Positions 37,231 to 52,200 of a stretch of 64,000 bases of DNA are shown here, piece after piece. Made by a program: the position numbers and the translations under genes. The notes below the pieces were generated by a model that had not been told where the DNA came from, made no database searches, and saw only the letters and a program-made list of their open reading frames with translations. Position 1 is the first letter of the stretch. Each line of letters opens with the position of its first letter. The stretch spans positions 77,068,001 through 77,132,000 of the forward strand of contig CM052817.1 in the NCBI GenBank assembly GCA_028534125.1. The letters are read 5' to 3'. Origin of the DNA: Lama glama (taxonomy: Eukaryota).

Positions 37231-40200
37231 TTCAGCAGCCTTAATAGAATGCCCACCAAGTGTCTGGCACGGTGCTCAATGGTGGGGGATACAAAACTTT
37301 GGCCTTTGTGAGTGAATTACCGCAGTTCACACAAGTAAAAGTGACTTGCTCTCCCCTAAATTTCTTTTCACTGTCTAAATGGTCGTTTTGTGTCTTGTCT
37401 TTCCTCATAGTCAGCACCTAATTCTTGAGATTGTGGCTTCATTGTGAAATAGGTCTACAATATTTTCTCTGGAGTAATGTCTAAAAGTAAGGATGTCTGC
37501 TATAATTAATGACAGATTTCCATTTTACCAGCTAATTTCAGCCTTTCTTTCACTTACTTTTCTGTGTATGAGCAAGACAGACTGGTTTATTACTCTCCAG
37601 AACATGATTTGTGCAATATATACTTTGTGATTTTTTAAAATTGTCTTTTCTGATTTCCCTCTGTCCTCTATGGCACAGCTCAGTTGAGAACTTCATGATG
37701 AAACCTATCCTGATCTCCCTGGTTTAGTCTCTTCTTCCTCTGAGCTTCCATTGTCCTTTTACTATTGAGTTCACGGCTGTATATTACTTACTGTTATACA
37801 GGATATAAACAGTTTCCGTGCTAAGTCTTTGCATTTAATTCCTGTTGGGTTAATCTTCTGCCTTAACCTCGTTTCTTGCCCGAAGTAAGCTTTTAGTAAA
37901 TTTTTGTTGATGGATGAACTATCAGAGTAGAGCATAACCCAATGTGTATGATTTGATTGGTTTGCTTTTGACTGTTGGATGAAGATGCTAGATGCTGTAT
38001 ATAGGCCCAGACCATTATTGTGGCAGTTGTTGCTACCACCAACAATTTACACCTGCTTTTTATTTAACTTGTGGCCTTGTTTCAAAAAAATCATGTATGC
38101 TTTCAAATGATACCAATTGTCATAATTATTCAAATAATGTATTTAGTGCTACCACAATGGAAAGTCTATTATCTACTTTTTGAAGGGAGTGGAGTCAGTC
38201 ATGGGAAGAAGGTTAGAAAGCATTTCACCAGTGAGAAGTAGATGGTGTCTTCTAATTAAAGAAAATAGGGGTCAGGAAAATTTTATGGAAGAGTTAAAAT
38301 TTCAAACAGTTGATATATTGGAAGAGACTTATCACTGGAGAAGCCTGAGAGGAGTCATGAAGTGGGTAGTCTAAAGAGGCAGTGATAATATTTTAAGATC
38401 CAGGCTGGGGACTTCCAGCTGTAATATTTTAGTATGCCTTCTCCCCTTTCTTGAGCTAAAGGGACTATTTAATGCAGATTTCCTTATGCCCTTCTTGTAC
38501 TTAAAAATATTAAGTGGTTCCTCATGGCCTACAAATTGCATTCTACACTTGGTTTGGCTTTCAGTGGTTTCCATGAATTGATCCCACTCTGTGTAGCCAA
38601 GCTTATCCCAACTAGTGATTTGTTTACATTGGTTGTATTTTGCAAAATTTCATGAACTGCCAACCAGAATTTGCATGACCATTTTTCAGGTATTTATAAA
38701 GTTTATTATGTGCCAGTAACCATTATATAAAAACTTGGCTTGAATAAAACTGAATAGTAGTATTTGTTATAGCATGGGATAAAGTACAGCAGGTAAGTTA
38801 ATGGATACAAAGTGTTTAACATAGTACCTGCCACACTGTAAACATTATATGTTAGCTGCTTTTTTTTTTTGTTATTGCTACTACTGCTATATTGTTTTAT
38901 TATTTACTTTAACAGTAGTGGATTGGCTAAAGTTAACTTTTTTAATTTCAAAATAACTGAAAGCATAAAACACTTTCAGCTGTTAAAATCATTCTTAATT
39001 AACATGACTTTGTTCCAAGGTGTTCTCTGTTTTTCCTGCAAGGTAATTAATCCATTTACCTGCTGAGGTAGTTACAGTTTTATTATTTACGTTAAAAATA
39101 GAGAATTGGCTAAATTAATTGCTTTAATTTCAAAATAACTGAAGGCCAAAATACTTTCAGCTGTGAAAATCATTCTTAATTAACATGAGTTTGTTCCAAG
39201 GTGTTTTCTGTTTTCCTGCAAGGTTATTAATTCATTTGCCTGCTGAGGTAGTTACGGTTTTATTATTTACTTTAAAAGTGGAGAATTGGCTAAATTGTTT
39301 TCATTTCAGAATAACTGAAGGCATAAAATATTTTCAGCTGTTAAAATCATTCTTAATTAATATGATTTTGTTCCAGGGTGTTTTCTGTTTTCCTGCATGG
39401 TAATTAATCCATTTGCCTGCTGAGGTAGTTACGTGTTTTGTTTTTTGTTTTTTTTAATACTTGATAGATTAAATGCTGCTATACATGGCTGAAAAGGCTT
39501 TTCATTGCATTGTGATCTAATTTTTGGTTTTTGCCTTCTCTCAGTTGGGAGCCGAAAGTGCTGACAGCATTGGTGCTGTGTTAAATAGCAAAGATGAACA
39601 GAGAGAAATTGCTGAAACAAGAGAAACTTGCAGGTCAGTCAAATAACTTTTTTTTTTTAGTGATATGTTAATATTGTGAAAAGATCATTGTTTTAATAAA
39701 CAGTAACCTAAGTATGAATTGTGTTGTCACGGCAAGCATCAACATAAAGATTTCAGAAACTGGTTTTTATTGTTAATTCATGAATTATGAAATACTCATT
39801 TTGTGAATAATAGTAAATTCTCATTTATAAGATAGTTAGAAAATGGAATGTTAGACTGAGAATTAGCTTATGAACCATAAATAATTTTATTCAAAAAACT
39901 CTATTAAAAAAACATACTTTACCCTAAAAGTGCTATTTGTTTGATAGTTCTTAAAGCATTTAGAATCTTTCGGTATTGTAGTTATCAATTTGAACATCAG
40001 TTTTGCTCAAGACAGATTATGTATGTAATGATATGTAATGTAGAAGTTTCTTTTTGCCATACATGCCTTATTAAAGCTTATTTTTCATTTGATTGCTTTC
40101 TCATAAAAATAAAGTACAGAATTATTAATCAGGTTGTGATACTTTAAGATTTATAAACTGGGTGACTAGATACTGTTTAGTCAGGAAAAATTTGCTTTAT

Positions 40201-43200
40201 TTTTTATAACCTGTTATTAATGCATGCATTTATACATCTTGTATATATTTGATCGTTTTTTGTTGTTATTTTGGGAGGAGGTGATTGGGTTTATTTACTT
40301 ACTTATTTTAACGGTAGTGGAGATGGAACCCAGGACCTTGTGCATGCTAAGCATGCGCTGTATCACTGAGCTGTACCCTCCCCCTTCATCTTGTACATAT
40401 TTGTGTGTGATACTTCAGTTTTAATTTTTAGGGCTTCCTATGATACTTCTGCTCCAAGTGCAAAACGTAAGTATCAGGATGAAGGAGAGACAGATGAAGA
40501 CAAAATGGAAGAATATAAGGCAAGTAGAAAATGGGACAGTTTTATGGTCAAGAAAAACTAAATCCTTACAATTCATAGATGCTTATTTAGGAAAACAATC
40601 TGATAAAAGCTGAATTTTAGAGTGTCTAAAATGATTGTCAGCGACATACATGGAATCAAGTAAATAAAGACATTTATATCAGTTTCCTCATTTTAACACA
40701 AGAAGTATATGTATAAAGCGCTTAGCATAATGCCTAGTAAGCACTAGGCAATAGCATTCTTAAATAAGAGTGAGGAGGTAGATGTATCAGAAACTTTGGA
40801 TAATTGGATCAAATTTCAAGAGGCTACAGTACTCTTTTTTGAGTTGCATTTTTCCATATTAACAATATGGGGTAGTACAATTCAAATAAAGTGTAGAACC
40901 ATTTCTGACAGAGGCCGAAGAAAAAACACAACTCCTAAACATGTAATTGCAATATTTAGTGGAAAAGAAAGTTAAGGACAAAAAACCTGCTTCCATTGTT
41001 TTCAAATTAATTGTTGTGCAACTATATTTAATAGAGAAGGGAATGAATAGTTTTACTAAGTCTCTAGAAATTTCAACAATATAATTACCTAATTTCTTAA
41101 ATGCTATCTTATGTGTTACATTTTGATATATGCTAATATGTAACTTAAATATTTGTGATTATATTAGGTCAAACCATATATAGTTCCTGGTATTTTAGCA
41201 TTTTTTAAGTATATTTTGAGAAATAGCAGTTTTATGTGGTTCAATCTAGTAGAAATCAAATTGATTTGGGCTAAATTCTAATATTTATAGTATATCTGAG
41301 GTAAATAATTTTAGATAACTTAGTCAACAAACAGTAGTTATAGCTAATTATTGATGAGAATGAAAAGGGAAATTTTATTTTATTGTAAACATAACTAGTT
41401 AGAGCTAATGATGTGAAGGCAATAGCTTCAGTGTTTGACTTTAATGGTAATTTGAAAAATTTATTATACCTGAGGGAAATAAAACATTTATGTGAGTCTT
41501 AATACTCAAGATATTATAATGTATAAAATATTCCTCCTATACATAAAATGTTTCCTCAATCTTTCTTTTCCAAGGATGAATTAGAAATGCAGCAGGAAGA
41601 AGAGAATTTGCCATATGAAGAAGAGATTTACAAAGATTCTAGTACTTTTCTTAAGGTAAATAAATCATTTTCAAATCTAAAAATCTTTACACTTCAGCCC
41701 TATGCCTGAAAAGATTTTAAACACTTACTTGTTCTCAAGATTTTTTTCAGTTATTCAGGAATCATTATTATAATATAAAGATCATTTAAAATTATTCATG
41801 AAATACTCTTCTGATACTTGGTCATTTAGGATGAGATAATGCCTTATTAATATCTGTAGATACTGAAGAATAATACCATCATTTTAGTAATGATGATTTC
41901 AATTTTTTAAAATCTGTCAATCAGCTTATATTTTGTATCCCTCATAATAAAAAATAAAGTACAAAATTAGTATATCTGTCATCAGAGTGATTGCTATTAA
42001 TTTAATTTTGACCTTTTTTTAGGGAACACAGAGTTTAAATCCCCATAATGATTACTGCCAACATTTTGTAGACACTGGACACAGACCTCAGAATTTCATC
42101 AGGGATGTAGGTATGTCAGATTTGTTGGGAATATGCTATGGCTAGCTGTTGATTATATGCATGTAATTTATTCATTTTTTGGATTATTTCTAACAAAACT
42201 TTTTCCTGGCTTGGCTTCCACTTTCCATTCTTAGTACTTCTAGTACACATTTTTCCATCAAGTGGTATTACTTTTTTCCTTCTCTTCTTTCTTTCACTTT
42301 AGTTCTGTTAGTCTCCCTCATTTTTATTTTATCTTCACTTATTCCTTGCTACCATACTCTTCCATTCTTTATGTAGTTCTGATTTTCTGACCTGTATTAT
42401 TTTCCTTTTTTCTAAATTTCTTTTAGCATTTCTTGCAAGGAGGGTCTACTGGCAACAAACTCCCCCAGTTTTGTTTGTCTGCAAAAGTCTTTATTTCTCC
42501 TTTACTTTTGAAAGATAATTTTGCAAAATACAGAATTCTAGGTTGGTGTTTTATTTCTTTCAAAACTGTAAATATTTTACTTAACTCTTTTCTTGTTTCT
42601 GAGGAAGTTGGGTATAATTATCTTTGTTTCTCAATGGGTACAGTATTTTTTTTTTCTGGTTTCTTTCAGAATTTTTTCTTTATCTTTGATTTTCTGTAGT
42701 TTGAAAATATGTCTAGGTATAGTTAGGTTTTTTTGTTTGCTTTTGTTTTTTGTTTTAGCATTTATCCTGTTTGGTACTCTCTGAGCTTCCTGAATCTGGT
42801 GATGTCTGACATTAATTTGGGGAAATTCTCAGTCATTGTTCAAATAATTCTTCTGTTCCTCTTTCTCTTTTTCCTCCTTCTGATATTCCCATTACACATT
42901 ATACCTTTTGTAGCTGTAGTTGTCCCACAGTCCTTGGATATTCTGGCTTTATTTTTCTTTCCAATTTTTGTTCTCTTTACTTTTCAGTTTTTGAGGTTTC
43001 TATTGAGATATCCTCAAGTTCAAATTCTTTCCTTAGCTGTGCCCAGTCTACCAAAAAGCTCATCAAAGGCATTATCTCTGCATTTTAAAAAAACAACTTG
43101 ATTGAGGTAATTCATGTACCATACAATTTACCCATTTAAAGAATATAATTCAGTTTTTAAAAGTATACTCCCAGGTTTGTTAAGCCATTACCACAATCTA

Positions 43201-46200
43201 ATTTTAGAACTTTTTAAAAAAAATTGAGATATGGTTGATTTACAGTATTTTATAGGTTTCAGGTATACAAATATTGATTCACAATTTTTGAAGATTATAC
43301 TCCATTTATAATTAAAAAGTATTGGCTATACTTCCTGTGCTATACAATATATCCTTGTAGCTTATTTTATATGTAGAAGTTTATAACTGTTAATCCCTTG
43401 TCCCTATCTTATATCTCCCTCCTTTCCTCTCCCCACTGGTAACCACTAGTTTGTACTCTACATATGTGAGTCTATTTCTTTTTTGTTTTATTTCTTTTTT
43501 TGTTATATTCACTAGTTTGATTTTATTTTTTAGATTCCACATACAAGTGGTAACTTACAGTATTTGTTTTTCTCTTTCTGACTTATTTCACTAAGCATAA
43601 TACCCTCCAAGTCCATTCACGTTGTTGCAGATGGGAAAATCTATTTTTTTAATGGCTGAGTAGTATTTCATTGGGGGTGTGTGTATTTGTATGTGTGTGT
43701 GTGCATATCACATCTTTTTTATCCATTCATCTGTCAGTGGACACTTAGGTTGCTTCCCTATCTTGGCTGTTGTAAATAATGCTGCTATGAACATTGGGGT
43801 GCATGTATCTTTTCCACTTAGTGTTTTCATTTTCTTGGAATATATACCCAGGAGTGGAATAGCTGGATCATATGGTAGTTCTATTTTTAGTTTTTTGAGA
43901 AACCTGGGTACTGTTTTCCACAGTGGTTGTGCTGATTTATATTCCCACCAATGGTATACAAAGGTTCCCTTTTCTCCACATTCTTAGAACATTTTCATCT
44001 CCCCTAAAGAAACCCAGAACTCATTAGCAGTCGGTTCCCATTCCTTCTTCCACAATTGTCCCCAGCCTTAAATAACCATTAATTGACTCTTGTCTCTATC
44101 AATTTGCCTATTCTAGACATTTCATATAATTGGAATCATACAATATTTTGTGACTGGGTTTTTTCTCCACTTACATTTTCAAGGACCATTGCTGTTGTAG
44201 CATATATCAGTACTTTCCTTTTTATTGCCAAATAATATTCCATTGTGTGTACAGGCCACATTTTGTTTAACCATTCATTTGGGTTGTTTCCACTTTTCAG
44301 CTGTTGCAAACTATGCTGCTATGAGTATTTGTGTAAAATTTTTGTGTGGCTGTACACTTTCATTTCTCTTGGGTATATACCTGGGATTGGATTTGCTGGG
44401 TTATGTGGTAATTCTGTGTTTCTTGTTGAGGAACTGCCCAACTGCTTTTTGAAACAGCTGAACCATTTACATTCCTACTAACAGTATGTGAGGGTTCCAG
44501 TTCCTTCCCATCCTTGACACTTACTATCTGTCTTTTTGATTATAGCTATCCTAGTGGCTATGAGGTAGTATTTCACTGTGGTTTTGATCTGCTTTTCCCT
44601 AGTGACTAATGATATTAAGAATCTTTTCATATGTTTATTTTTCCATTTAAATACCTATTTTGGAGAAATGTCTAATCCTTTTGCTTATTTTTTCATTGAT
44701 AATTTGTCTTTTTATTATTACATTGTAAGAATTCTTTACGTATTTGCAGTACAAGTCCCTTATCAAATGTATGATTTGCATGTCTTTTTTCCCATTCTGT
44801 GGGTTGTCTTTTCACTTTCTTGATGTTATCATTTGCAACACAAAAATTTTAATTTTGATGTTAATCAAGTTTATCTTTTCCTTGTAAGCAACGTGTAGAA
44901 ACTGATGTTAATGTTTTCATGGGCAAAATTTAGATGTAGCACAAAAGGTTATGATAATGGTAAATGAAATAGGCCAGTCACAGAATGACAAATATGCATG
45001 CACTCATAGAGATACCTAAAATAGTACATGTATATAAATATATATGATACCTAAAATAGTCAAACTCATAGAAGCAGAGAATAGAGCAGTGGTAATCAGG
45101 GGCAGGAGGGAAAGGAAAATGGGGAGTTGTTCAATTGGTATAAAGTTTTCATTTATGCAAAATGAATTCATTCTAGAGATCTGCTGTATAGCAAATTGCC
45201 AGTAGTTAGCAGTACTGTTGACTATGGTCAACAAGACTTTAAAAACTTTAAGAGGGTAGGTCTAATCTTAAGTGTTCTTACTACACACACACAAAAACCA
45301 GAGGAACACAAAGTAACTTTTGGAGGTGACAGATAATGTCTTACCTTGATTGTGGTGATGTTTTCACAGATGTATGCATATGTTCAAACTCATCAAATGG
45401 TATACATTAAGTATATGTTTAATATATAAGTTTTTGTTTGTCAAAAAATAAAGCTATTTTTTGTTAAAGTTATAAGTTGTATAACCAAATTTCATTATCA
45501 ACCTTTCTGCTTTTGAGACATTGTCTCCAAGGCAAAGAAAATGTACTTAAGAAAATATTATAGATTGAGAAAAAGTTGTACCTTCTGTTTTGTAGGTGAT
45601 TAAGAGCTGACCCAGCTGTGATTGAAACCTGACTATAATGAAATCTTCAAACTTGTTTTACTTGTAATTTGATCTATAGCCACCAATTAAGGAAGCTTTA
45701 CAAAATCTTTCACTTTTTTACTCTTTAACATTAGAGGGATTAATATGTACTTTTGGTTTTTAACTTAAAATATTTACATAATTCATATTGTTATGAATAT
45801 GCTTCTTGTAGGGGAAAAAAAAACAAGTAAGAACTTTTAGGAATCCTTGATATTCAAAGCCCTACTTACCTCTACAGTTGTTTAAACAGGCATTATGCTG
45901 TTTTATCTAAAATCTCTCCTGAGGCTCAAAGATTTAAGTATTTTTTAGGATATGGGAATAGTGAGTCTCCTATTTTTAACTTTTATGAAACTTGTGGATG
46001 TTTTTCAAGGTCCTCAGCTTGAAAATATATGTGAGGTTTTGGTTTATAATAATGTGAAGATCTGAGATCTTTAAAACTGTAAGTATTGATATAGGAAATA
46101 TTCTTAGAGAAAGTAACTTGTCTTAGAATTGGTAGTACAGTTTTAGATAAGCAATCAGAGTGAGTGAAGTGATTGGTAATCTACTATTAGGAATTCATTA

Positions 46201-49200
46201 TCTTTTCAACTTGATTTGTTCTGGGATTGATTGTGTCCTTAAGGCATCATCAGTTAATTTAAGATCATCAGTAGTAAAGAAAAGAAATCCTCGCTTTTTT
46301 TTGCTTTGGGTAACTGTCTAAGAAACTAAGTAAAAGTCTGATTCAATAACTAGGTTCTTTGGGAGAAAGAAATTTTTTAGTAAAAAGAAAAGGGGAAAAA
46401 AAGCATGATACAAATTTTTTTTTTCCTGAGAGCAGAATGGCTAAACTTGGTGCTATAAGCAGATTATTTAATAAATATGAGAAATTAAATTGTTTATTGA
46501 CTTGATCTGGGCTTTAAAACATCTGAGTGATTTGGGTGTTTGCCTGCATATGGGGATAGGATCATTAGGTATAAAGTGTATATATGAATTATTTTTAAAC
46601 ACCCTTAATTAACTTTTTTAAAAGGATGTGAGGATAGTGAGGTCGTTGTGTATTGTTTTGCTTTCCTGAGAGGGCTCACCACCTGTAAATTCACTGATAT
46701 TCAGTTATATTGACATTTAGAATTTACTGTTTTTCCTCCTCAGGTTTGGCTGACAGATTTGAAGAATACCCTAAACTGAGGGAACTCATCAGGCTGAAGG
46801 ATGAGTTAATAGCTAAATCTAACACACCTCCTATGTAAGTGGGTTTGTTCCCAACTCAGGCTTAAAATATCAGTCTTTTTATCCTGCAAGCTTTGTTTGA
46901 AAAAAAATTCAGCACTTTTGTAAGGTTAACACACACTTTCTTCTGTATAGTAAAATTATATTAGTTTGAAACTCCAGTGCTGAGTACACAGTGGGTTCTC
47001 AATTTAATTTTTTTTCAACTTTCTAGCTAATTTACTTAAAGTGTCTTTAAATTTTTTTCTTGGAAAGTCATACTACTTGTATTCTTGACTATCTTAAAAT
47101 GTTTTTAAATGACTTTTCTTCTCAAAAGTTACTTATTGAAAAAATGTTTAGAAAGCTTAGTGAAGGAAAAGAAGAAAATGAAAATTAATTATAACTTTGC
47201 ATCCAGGGATACTTTTCTTAATATTTTGGAATACAAAAATTCATTTTAACCTTTGCTAAACAGAATATTTCCCTCAAAAAAGTGTATAAGATCTTTGAAA
47301 TTGGAGACATTGTTTATTTCATATTTAGCTTGCTTTGAGCATTCTGTATGTTTAACAGTTTGCTAAAATGTATACTGTTAATGATTAGAAGAACCACAAA
47401 AAGTATGAGTTTGTGGGGAAAAAGATTAGCAGACTAATATTCATCCTATTTAAAAATATTCTTACATTTAAAGTATTTTATATTTATGTTTAAAACACTT
47501 AGATACTATGTGGAAATAATCTTTAAGTAAAGGCTAGTAGTAACTTTTACTAAATAGCTGGAAAAGATTAATATAAATAATATTACTAACAAACTAAAAA
47601 AAAAATTATGTCCATCTTTAGAAGCTCTTTTTAAAAGGAATTGAAAACTCACAGTTAGTTGTTTAACTTAATAATAATTGAGGAAGAATAATGTGATAGT
47701 CCTTGGAAGCTTCAGATGATAACAGAAAAGGGCTCAGAGATTTACATCGCAATATGGATTTTCCGAGAGAAGTTTATGTTCTGGATGTTCGTGGGGGACT
47801 AGGATTTTACTTTGTAGTGTGATTAGATCCATTTCCTAGGGAAGAGCATTGGTAGATGGTTTACATCTGTACTGAAGAAAGATGCCCCTCCATAAAAAGG
47901 TATTCAGTAATTAGCTCATGTTCACTTTGTAAACAGTGATTAGGAAATATTTTAAAAATTTCTCTGTAGTATCTGTAAAGTATTAGAAAAATCTCTTACT
48001 TTTTATGCTTTAATCAAATAGGTACTTACAAGCAGATATAGAAGCTTTTGACATCAGAGAACTAACACCCAAATTTGATGTGATTCTTCTGGAACCCCCT
48101 TTAGAAGAATATTACAGAGAGACTGGCATCACTGCTAATGAAAAATGCTGGACTTGGGATGATGTACGATGAACCTTTCTACATTGTAATGAGTTATTTA
48201 TTTTTCAAATGAATTTATGATTACCTGATCAGAAAATAAGATTATAAATATCTCTAATGATTTAGGAATCATAAATATAAATTTATAGTATATATTATGG
48301 CTGAAAGTCTAAGGTACATTAACAAATATTAAAACATCTTTAGTCTCATTTTTCTTTTTGAGGCAAAAGTTGAGCAAGTAGTGAATAAATAGTCTGTAGA
48401 CTGGCAATTCCAGTCTCAGGGTCCTTGGATGTACAGCTAGAAATAAGTCTAAAAACATGATATACTGGGCCTTAAGGAGCACACAGTTTAATGGGATAAA
48501 CATTGACCCAAACAAGTAATTGCGTTATCATTTTGTTAGTTCAGTAATAGAGGACTGCATTAGACGATTTGCAAAAAACTGACCAAGCCTAGGAAGCTGG
48601 GGGACATAAACAAAGAGGAAATGACACATGAACAGTATAAATATATTAGTTTGAATTGGCCAGATGAAGGAAGGGGTGGGATAGGGATTCCAAGCAGAAG
48701 GAACAGCAAGAGCAGAAGGGATGGAGGAGGCAAAGAGATGGATGGGGGAGGTCTGTATGTAAGTTGATGATGTTGGAACACAGATTGGGACTCTCTTGAG
48801 TTGCTGTCTTAGTGGGTTGGACTTTTATCCCAAAGGCATTAAGGAGTTTGAAGGTTTTTAACCAGTTTTGAAATGGTCAGATTAGTATGTGGAGGAGGAT
48901 AGACTAGAAAAAATGAAGTCTGGAGAGGGGAGAGCAGTTAGAAGGCTATTGCAGTAGCCTTGTTTGAAGATGAAGGAACCTGAATTAGGGTGATGGTAGT
49001 AAGAATAGGAAGGAGATGATAAATTTACTAATGTTTAGTAGATATTTATGGTGAGGTCTAGCGGATGAGGGTAGGAGTTAAAGATGACTCAAAGGATTGA
49101 GTCTTGGGATAAGTGGGGTGAGTTTTCATCAGCTGAGAGTCAATTTAAGAAGAAGAGCAGTGTTACAGGGATTAGGTAATACTGAATGTGTTGATTTTGA

Positions 49201-52200
49201 GGTGTATGTGAGACATTCAAGCATAGATTGTAACAGCAGTATGAAACTTAAAGGACAGACAGATCTGGTCATCTCAAAATACAGATTTTAGAGGATTACC
49301 ACATTAAATCTATGAGAATAAATGAATTTGTCTTGAGATAGTGTCTCAATTAAGATACAACGTGGATTGACAGTAAAGCCTCAGGAAACTTACGTGTGAG
49401 ATACACATATAAAAGAGTTGTAAAAAGAATAGGTCAGAGATGAGTGAGGAGAACAAAGAGTGTGACTGTAAGGGAAGCCAAGGGAATAGAGCATTTCAAG
49501 GAGAGAGTGATTGGGACCACTGAACACAAGAGAGGTAGGGAAAGGACTGAAACTGTGAGACTGGTGTCTCATAGGAAGCTGCTTTGAATATTGCACCTCC
49601 TTTCTGAGTTAATGGTTGTTATTGTTAATGTTACTTTTCAAGATATACGTACGGTTTTCTTCCTTGAAGCTTTCCCTTAGCAGGTTCAATACCTTTGGCA
49701 CTTTTATTTACATTTTTATTTCTATTTTATTTTACTTTACAGAAGTTTTTCCTCTCCTCTGATAAGTGTGATCTGTGTATATTGTTGAAATTCGGAAAAG
49801 TACAGTGTATAGTATCTCCATAACTTAAGGTTAAAGATGTAATGCTGTTGATATTTATTGCTGAGTTTTCCAGATAGGTTGCACAAATTTACATTCTTTC
49901 CAGGAATGTTTAAGAATTGTCTATTTCACCGTATACTCATCAAAACTGATTAATAATATAAAAACAGTCTCTGTTTAGTCAAAGGAAAATTGAAAAAAAT
50001 TAATCTGATATCTTTGATTAGTAGTTAGGTTTGGTCAGTGAAGACGCAAGAGATTCAATTATATATGACAAGGTAATAGAGTCTTTGAAATAAAGGAATT
50101 TCAAGCATAGAAAAAAGTTTTGTCTGGCCCCAGAGCCCTAAGCTTTTAACCTTCATGTGATAATATCCTAAAGAAAGTGCTGTTAGCTGATATAATTAAT
50201 AAAATATAAATAAGAAAGGCATTTGGGTTGCACAAGTATTCTTTTTCACATTAGAGAGTCAGTAGTGGTCAGTGTGTTTTGGTTAAGAATAGAGATAGTT
50301 ATTTAAAATACCAACATTTAGCATTTATAACTGCGGTGTCAAGATAGTAACTTGCTTAATGTTCTTCACTGATGTGTGTCATCACTTACCTTTAGCAATA
50401 CCGTGTATACATGTATATAGGAATATATGTGTGTGCCTGTGTGTATTAAATATTATTCATATTCCTATGAGAATATTAGATGAGATTATATCAAGACTTA
50501 AAGAGTAAGAAGTATAAAACTGAATAAGTTTATACCTTTTGTAATTCATTTCCATTATTACTGTCAAGTATTTTTTTTTTTTTTACTTAGATAAATTATA
50601 GATGATATGGTTATGATCATTTACTCAGGTAGAAGTTAAGATTTTCTTAATAAATAAAATTAATAAATATTTACTTGAACCATGGTCTCTGGGACTTCTT
50701 AACTGACAGAAAGCTAAAAGGAAAAGAATACCATATAAAATGGTTGCTTTCATAGTCATATTTATAAGTATACAGTATTCTCAAAATTTAGAGGTTTAAG
50801 TATTGAAGATTTTTTTAATGTGATACACTCAACACATTACAAATTGTAATCTCGATTTTTTGACATTTCAGACTGAAAGCAGTCATTATAATGAAATGTG
50901 TGAATTGATTTATTTTCTTTAGAACTGTTCTACTGGAAACCAAGTCCTTCCCAAATACTTGTTATGTTTTAATTTTGCTGTAACTTTGGGGTAATTTAAT
51001 CCCTTTTTATTTCAGTTTCTTTTTCTGTAAATAGTAACAGACTGCTCTAAACTGTATCTTATAAAATTATGTAATTCTATAAATATGGTTTCCCATTACC
51101 TCTTTACATATAAAATCAAGTTGTATATAGTGTATGTGTGCATGTGTGTGTGTTGTCCTAATACAGAATAAGAAAACAACAGAAGAGCAAGTTTTAAGGA
51201 TAAGATTTATTTCCTATGGTATTTCCTAGTGAAAATGAGTACATTTAAAGAACATATCTACTCTAAGTCTTGATAAATCTCAATGCTGGTTCTTTTGGAT
51301 TTAGGATGAATGGGAAAATAGATTTGAGATGATTGCATATTTATGCAATATTGTCTTGGTTTCTTACAGATTATGAAGTTAGAGATTGATGAGATTGCAG
51401 CACCTCGGTCATTTATTTTTCTCTGGTGTGGTTCTGGGGAGGGGTTGGACCTTGGAAGAGTGGTAAGGTGGTGTTTTTTGGTGGATTTTTAAATTCATAA
51501 GAAAAAAATATAACACGATATGTTGCATAAGAAGTCTGAAGATTAATGTTATTTTGTCATTTGTTTCTTGAATAGTACTAAAGTACTCAGAAGAAGAAAA
51601 ATGTTTAGAAAAGAATGTGCAAGAGGCAGCAGTACCCCTTAGTTAACTAGTGTTAGGAATGACTAAATCAAAATATGATTCATTATAACTGCAGGAAGAG
51701 AACAGTTTAGAGATTTGAAACTAAATTATAGCTCAAAAACAAGCTGCTTAGTGTCATTTACTGCTCATTATCAGTATCTGAGAAGTATGCTTCTGAATAG
51801 CATTAACTCCTGCATTCCAGATGGAAGCCAAATCAGATAAGACAAATAACACAGTATCTGGAACACATAGTTTGAATGAATGAATGAAAGTAAGAGAGGA
51901 GTTACAACATCTCAATTTAAGTACATGTATTTATTGTATTTCAGAACTTTTTTTTTTTTGAATGGAGTGTTTTGGATTCTAAATGGAAACAAAATAATAC
52001 AAACTTTTTTATCCAAGACTAATAGGAGCATTGTGGCTAGGTGTTGGGAGTCCTCAGTTTTGCTCTCAGTTCTGTTGTCCAACAGTGAAACTTTGGGTAA
52101 AGAGATACTACTCTTGTGGATTTCAGTTCCCTCACTTGTCTTTGGATAATACTTTACATTTTTAGGACATATTACTTGATATACAATAAATGATCTCATT

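Noticed and set aside
39064..39430. TGAGGTAG let-7-like 5' octamer in each repeat unit; CRISPR-like periodicity
   Set aside because: Only 8-9 nt match and no evident precursor hairpin; whole units repeat with no unique spacers, and the DNA is eukaryotic
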